Part shown: positions 59,455 to 64,000 of the stretch, piece after piece
How the letters are laid out: every line of letters begins with the position of its first letter
Numbering within the stretch: position 1 is the first letter of the stretch
From: an uncultured delta proteobacterium
GTDB lineage: Bacteria > Desulfobacterota > Syntrophia > Syntrophales > UBA2185
Direction: 5' to 3'
DNA: 64,000 nucleotides
NCBI GenBank assembly: GCA_963729715.1
Contig: CAVSPA010000006.1
Span: 32,001 to 96,000 of the forward strand
Made by a program: the position numbers and the translations under genes
Notes under the pieces: generated by a model
Database searches by the model: none
Seen by the model: only the letters and a program-made list of their open reading frames with translations
What the model was told of the DNA's origin: nothing

Positions 59455-59946
59455 CTATATCACCTCATCCTTCATGCTGTAAAAGCGGTTGAAATGCCAG
59501 GCGAGCGGCGTGAGGTCTTTGTTCACTGTGAAGTCCACGGGGCTGGCGAGGTAGACAGTGTAGGTGCTCACCGGGAAGGATGTGAGCACGTTGCACTCTA
59601 TGGAGACAGAGGAGCCCTTAATAATAGGGGCGCTCACCACTTTCGCCTTTTCCGTCTTGATGGCGAATTTTTTGAATTTATCGACTTTATCGCCGTGTGT
59701 GGAACCGAGACCCCTGGCGAGCTTCACCTGGCCTACGGAGGCTACGTTTAGGACGAACTGGCCTGTTTCTTCAATCAGGGCATGAGTCAGGTGACCCCTG
59801 TCAACACTCACCACGAATAAGGGTGGGTCTTCGGAAACGAACATGGAGGTGGCTGTTATGGCGTCCTTCTTCGCTCCGTTTCCTGCGCTCAAGAGAACTA
59901 CGGAGCATGGCATCAAGTGGCTTACGTTCAGCATCTCTTTCTTCAT
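59455..59946 (-). CDS. Flavin reductase-like (flavoredoxin) protein
   Basis: SEDPPL, IEETGQFVLN, VDKF and APII...IEC. Confidence 0.8.
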   Translation of the reverse strand: MKKEMLNVSHLMPCSVVLLSAGNGAKKDAITATSMFVSEDPPLFVVSVDRGHLTHALIEETGQFVLNVASVGQVKLARGLGSTHGDKVDKFKKFAIKTEKAKVVSAPIIKGSSVSIECNVLTSFPVSTYTVYLASPVDFTVNKDLTPLAWHFNRFYSMKDEVI

Positions 59947-60111
59947 AATCTTCTCCTTCCTTCATGACGATTGACTGAACTCAATCGATTCCCATCGGCA
60001 AATGAAATAAGACATTTTCTTGATTGAAACTTCTTTTGAAAGTATAGGAAAGGGAGAATTGCCTGTCAAGACAAATGAAAATCTACCCCGTGTAATTGTC
60101 AGGTGTTTCAC

Positions 60112-60639
60112 ATGAAGCCCATTATATACACAATAGGCCATTCAACTCATGCGATCGATGAGTTTGTGGAAATGCTCCAGGCATTCCATATCGAGAGGGT
60201 AGTCGATGTTAGGTCTATTCCTAAATCACGCCATGATCCCCAATTCAATAAAGAGGAATTAAAGAAGAGTCTGCACGAGCATGAAATTGACTACATGCAC
60301 TTGGGTCTTCTCGGCGGGCTGCGTCATACAACAAACGCATCTATCAATACGGCCTGGAGGAACTCATCGTTCCGGGGGTTTGCGGACTATATGCAGACTT
60401 CTGAATTTGCCGCAGGGATGGAGCAATTGGTGGGTCTTGCCGAGAAAAAAAGAGTTGCCATTATGTGTTCGGAGGCTGTCCCGTGGCGCTGTCATCGCTC
60501 ACTTATCGGCGATGCGCTCCTGGTGCGCAATTACCATGTTGAGGATATTATTACCAGCAAGGCCACTAAACCTCACATACTGACACCCTGGGCAAAAGTG
60601 AAGGGTATGGAGATCACATATCCGGAGCCCGAGATATGA
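60112..60639 (+). CDS. DUF488 family protein
   Basis: TIGHS, DVRSIP.SR, LGGLR and MCSE...CHRSLI. Confidence 0.85.
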   Translation: MKPIIYTIGHSTHAIDEFVEMLQAFHIERVVDVRSIPKSRHDPQFNKEELKKSLHEHEIDYMHLGLLGGLRHTTNASINTAWRNSSFRGFADYMQTSEFAAGMEQLVGLAEKKRVAIMCSEAVPWRCHRSLIGDALLVRNYHVEDIITSKATKPHILTPWAKVKGMEITYPEPEI

Positions 60640-60678
60640 GGAACGGAAGCGAGACGCAAATCTAATTCCAACGCTGGA

Positions 60679-61701
60679 TTATTTTCGCTCACCCTTAGCC
60701 TTTCCCAGATGCCCCTCTTCCTGCAGCCACTGTTCTGTTATCTGCATTCCTTCCTTCAATGAGAGGCGGGGCCGATAACCGAGCTCGCGCCGCGCCTTTT
60801 CAATACTGAAGCAGGCTTTCTTGGTTAGAAAACCAACAGCCTGCCGCGTGATCTTTGGCTGCTTGCCGGTAAACTTTGAGGTTATTTCCATCCCGAGTGC
60901 GACGATTTTTCCGAGATGTGCGGGAACGGATCTCATCTGCGGTTTCCCGGCCATTTGTGCATAGCATCCGAAGAATTCTTTCCAGGGGAGGGCGATACCG
61001 TCGGTAATTATATAAGCCTGCCCAACGGCTTCGTCGCTTTTTACGGCCAGGAGCGTAGCGTCAATAAGATTATCGATATACACATAATTGCACAGACCTG
61101 TCCCACCGTTGATGAGCATCATTTTATCTGAGTTTATCATCTTGATAGGCCGCAGCGTCCATGGCTTGGAATGAGGCCCGTATACATTGGTGGGCCGGAT
61201 TACCACGACCGGCAGTCCTCTGTCCCGGTGATATGCCCATACGATCTTTTCCGCGGCGATCTTTGTATCGCAGTAAAGATTGCCGCAGAGCTGAAAGGCG
61301 GTGTCTTCATCCGCCCCATCCGGAGGATTGAGTCCGTATACGGCGACGCTGCTCATGTGAATGAACTTCTTGACGCCTGCTGCGACGGCAGCCTTCACGA
61401 TGTTCTCCGTCCCTTCCACATTTATTTGATAGAATTCCTTTTTCTTTCCCGTCTCACGGACAAGGGCCGCGCAGTGGAACACAAGGTCGCACCCCTCCAC
61501 GGCCTTCTTGAGAGATTGCGGATCAAGAAGATCCCCCTCAACTATTTCCAAGGGCAGCTTTGTTAGACGCCCCGCTTTCCCCGCGCTGCGCACCAGAGCG
61601 CGAACACGGACGTCTTCTTCAGTCGCCAATCTTTCCGTTAGGCGGCCGCCGATGAAGCCTGTGGCGCCTGTCACCAATGCGAGCAATCCACGAATTTCCA
61701 T
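60679..61701 (-). CDS. NAD-dependent epimerase/dehydratase (extended SDR)
   Basis: TGATGFIG, SSVAVYG, YCDTK and RPTNVYGP. Confidence 0.88.
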   Translation of the reverse strand: MEIRGLLALVTGATGFIGGRLTERLATEEDVRVRALVRSAGKAGRLTKLPLEIVEGDLLDPQSLKKAVEGCDLVFHCAALVRETGKKKEFYQINVEGTENIVKAAVAAGVKKFIHMSSVAVYGLNPPDGADEDTAFQLCGNLYCDTKIAAEKIVWAYHRDRGLPVVVIRPTNVYGPHSKPWTLRPIKMINSDKMMLINGGTGLCNYVYIDNLIDATLLAVKSDEAVGQAYIITDGIALPWKEFFGCYAQMAGKPQMRSVPAHLGKIVALGMEITSKFTGKQPKITRQAVGFLTKKACFSIEKARRELGYRPRLSLKEGMQITEQWLQEEGHLGKAKGERK

Positions 61702-61739
61702 GATGTCTCCTAAAGAATTATTGTACTCAATTCCCTATC

Positions 61740-64000
61740 TCACCCGTGTGCCTCGTCCCAGTTTCTTCCCGAGGCGATGTCCACCCTGAGAGGCACCTTC
61801 AGTTTGATCACCTCTTCCATCTCTTTCTTGACGAGGGCCAAGACTTCTTCCTTCTCCGCGAGGGGAACTTCAAAGACGAGTTCATCGTGGACCTGCATGA
61901 TCATGCTTGCCAGGAAGCGTTTTTTCGCCATCAGGTGTGAGATATTGATCATGGCCACTTTAATAAGGTCGGCCGCCGTCCCCTGAATTGGGGTGTTGAT
62001 TGCCGTGCGCTCAGCAAACTGCCTCACGGGGGCATTGCTGCTGTTTATCTCGGGAAGATAGCGACGCCGGTTGAGAAGGGTGGTAACGAACCCGTCTTTC
62101 CGTGCATTTGCGATGAGTCCATCCAGAAACGCTCTCACCTCCTGGTACTTGTTGAAATATTCGTCGATGTAAACCTGGGCTGTCTTCTGTGGCACATTGA
62201 GTTCCTTCGATAGACCGAAGGCGCTCATGCCGTAGAGGATGCCGAAATTGATAACCTTGGCCTGCCGTCTCATGTCCGATGTCACCATCTCCGGGAAGAC
62301 GCCGAAGACATTCGCCGCTGTTGCGGTATGGATATCAACATCCTCCATGAAGGCGTCGATCAAGGCGCTGTCACAGGAGAGATGCGCGAGTATCCGGAGT
62401 TCGATCTGGGAGTAATCGGCGGAGACGATTTCCCAGCCGCCCGGTGCGATGAAGGCCTGCCTGATTCTTTTCCCCTCCGGTGTCCTGATGGGGATATTCT
62501 GCAAGTTGGGATTGCTGCTGGAGAGCCTGCCTGTTGCCGTTACAGTCTGGTTGTAGGAGGTGTGGATGCGGCCTGTCTCCCTGTTGATCAGCAACGGCAG
62601 AGCATCGATGTAGGTTGACCGCAGCTTCGCCATGGTCCGGTATGACAGGATTTCTGCGGGCAGTTCGTGGCTCCGGGCGAGGTTGGTTAAGACTTCAATG
62701 TCCGTCGAGTGGCCCTCTTTCGTTTTCCTCCCCTTGGGGAGACCGAGCTTTTCGAAGAGAACCACCTGGAGCTGTTTCGGCGAACTGATATTGAATTTTT
62801 CTCCGGCCAACTGGTAGATCTTTTCTTCGGTGAGAGACATTAGTTGTTCGATCTCTCTCGACATCGCAGCAAGGAGCTGTGTATCCAGGAGGACGCCCTT
62901 CTTCTCCATGGCGGCAAGAACGGAAATGACGGGCAACTCTACCTCATAGTAAAGGACTTTGAATCCATCTTGTACAATTTTTCCATGCAGCGCTGCGGCA
63001 AGTGCCAAGATGGCATCGGCCCTCCGGCATGCGTAATCCCTGACATTTTCAACAGGGATAGCACTGAAACAAATAGCCTTCGCGCCGCTGCCGATCAAAT
63101 CCTTCGGATGTGTAATATGCATGCCGAGGTGATTCCTGACTACATCGGCGAGCTCGAAGCTGTGCTTTGCCGGATTCAGTATGTAGGTGGCAACCATCGT
63201 GTCGCACCCCAGACCCTGCAGATTTACGCCGCTTCGGGCCAGGATGATCATAGCATTCTTCATATCGTGGCCGTGCTTCTTGATGCCGTTACTGGAAAGG
63301 AAGGGTGTCAGGCCCTTCAGGACATCGCGTGACGTGAGCTGCTGCGGCATTCCCATATACGCGTGGGAAAGCGGGATGTAGAAGGCTTCTCCCGGGGAGA
63401 GGCAGATAGAGATGCCGATAATATCGGCAAGCATCGGTACATCCGCATTCGCGACTATATCAAAAGAAAATTCGTTCACATGCCCGAGCCGTTCAATCAG
63501 GGCTGTGAATTCGGCATCTGTGAGGATGAGACTGTATTGCCCCTTGATCGATTCATCTTTGCTTTTCAGTTCCTGAAGGAGCGATGAGAATTCAAATTCC
63601 CTGAACAGGGCCTGCAATGCCTTATTGTCAGGCCCCGAATAGCGCGTGCTTTCGAGGTCAATATTAAAGTCAGCGTCCGTCCTGATTCTGGCGAGATCGT
63701 GGCTCATTCTGGCCTGGTCGGCGAACGACCGCAAACTTTCGCGCGTCTTCGGGTTTCGCACCTTGTCGATGTTTTGCAGAACTCCCTCCACAGACCCGAA
63801 TTCCTCAATCAGGCGCTGTGCGGTCTTCGGACCTATACCGGGAACGCCCGGGATGTTATCCGATTGATCGCCCGTGAGACCGAGAATTTCTATTACCTTC
63901 TCAGGGCCGACGCCAAATCGCTCCCTCACGGCTTCGACATCGTAGGACTTGTCCTTCATGGTATCTATCATCATGATGTTATCGGAAACGAGCTGCATCA
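61740..64000 (-). CDS. polA: DNA polymerase I (5' end outside the window)
   Basis: GDQSDNIPGVPGIG, TGRLSSSNPNLQN, ADYSQIELR, KVINFGILYG and QVHDEL. Confidence 0.97.
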   Translation of the reverse strand, partial: MQLVSDNIMMIDTMKDKSYDVEAVRERFGVGPEKVIEILGLTGDQSDNIPGVPGIGPKTAQRLIEEFGSVEGVLQNIDKVRNPKTRESLRSFADQARMSHDLARIRTDADFNIDLESTRYSGPDNKALQALFREFEFSSLLQELKSKDESIKGQYSLILTDAEFTALIERLGHVNEFSFDIVANADVPMLADIIGISICLSPGEAFYIPLSHAYMGMPQQLTSRDVLKGLTPFLSSNGIKKHGHDMKNAMIILARSGVNLQGLGCDTMVATYILNPAKHSFELADVVRNHLGMHITHPKDLIGSGAKAICFSAIPVENVRDYACRRADAILALAAALHGKIVQDGFKVLYYEVELPVISVLAAMEKKGVLLDTQLLAAMSREIEQLMSLTEEKIYQLAGEKFNISSPKQLQVVLFEKLGLPKGRKTKEGHSTDIEVLTNLARSHELPAEILSYRTMAKLRSTYIDALPLLINRETGRIHTSYNQTVTATGRLSSSNPNLQNIPIRTPEGKRIRQAFIAPGGWEIVSADYSQIELRILAHLSCDSALIDAFMEDVDIHTATAANVFGVFPEMVTSDMRRQAKVINFGILYGMSAFGLSKELNVPQKTAQVYIDEYFNKYQEVRAFLDGLIANARKDGFVTTLLNRRRYLPEINSSNAPVRQFAERTAINTPIQGTAADLIKVAMINISHLMAKKRFLASMIMQVHDELVFEVPLAEKEEVLALVKKEMEEVIKLKVPLRVDIASGRNWDEAHG

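Overview
Bacterial chromosomal window. Gene content and order suggest an anaerobic deltaproteobacterium (Desulfobacterota, Syntrophales-like); this is an inference, not a taxonomic search. 1-30 kb is mostly housekeeping: purL/purQ, cimA, rne, proC, yggT/yggU, murJ, serS with three tRNAs, a feoA-feoB fusion and azlCD. It also holds a tandem array of at least three secreted TPR paralogs with variable N-termini, a decayed outer-membrane beta-barrel gene, two REP-like palindromes and a complete Ile/Thr leader-peptide attenuator in front of cimA. 30.6-58.5 kb is a single co-oriented ~28 kb catabolic island and the most interesting part. It encodes LpdD-like and UbiX proteins, a GntR regulator with a duplicated operator, and a LIV-type ABC transporter with an embedded AMP-forming CoA ligase. 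It also encodes two different UbiD (de)carboxylases, an ADP-forming acyl-CoA synthetase, a 57-aa Zn-ribbon protein missing from the ORF track, and a ferredoxin/GltD/BFD oxidoreductase. The remaining genes are a divergent LarA-like protein (nickel-pincer-binding H/K/H spacing kept, second catalytic His lost), a divergent NadC-like phosphoribosyltransferase paired with a CinA-N/COG1058-like protein, and two 2-oxoacid:acceptor oxidoreductase sets. I cannot match this combination to a characterised pathway and the substrate is unknown. The window ends with dsbC, a flavin reductase, DUF488, an extended SDR and a partial polA. All family calls come from motif recognition by eye; no database searches were run.
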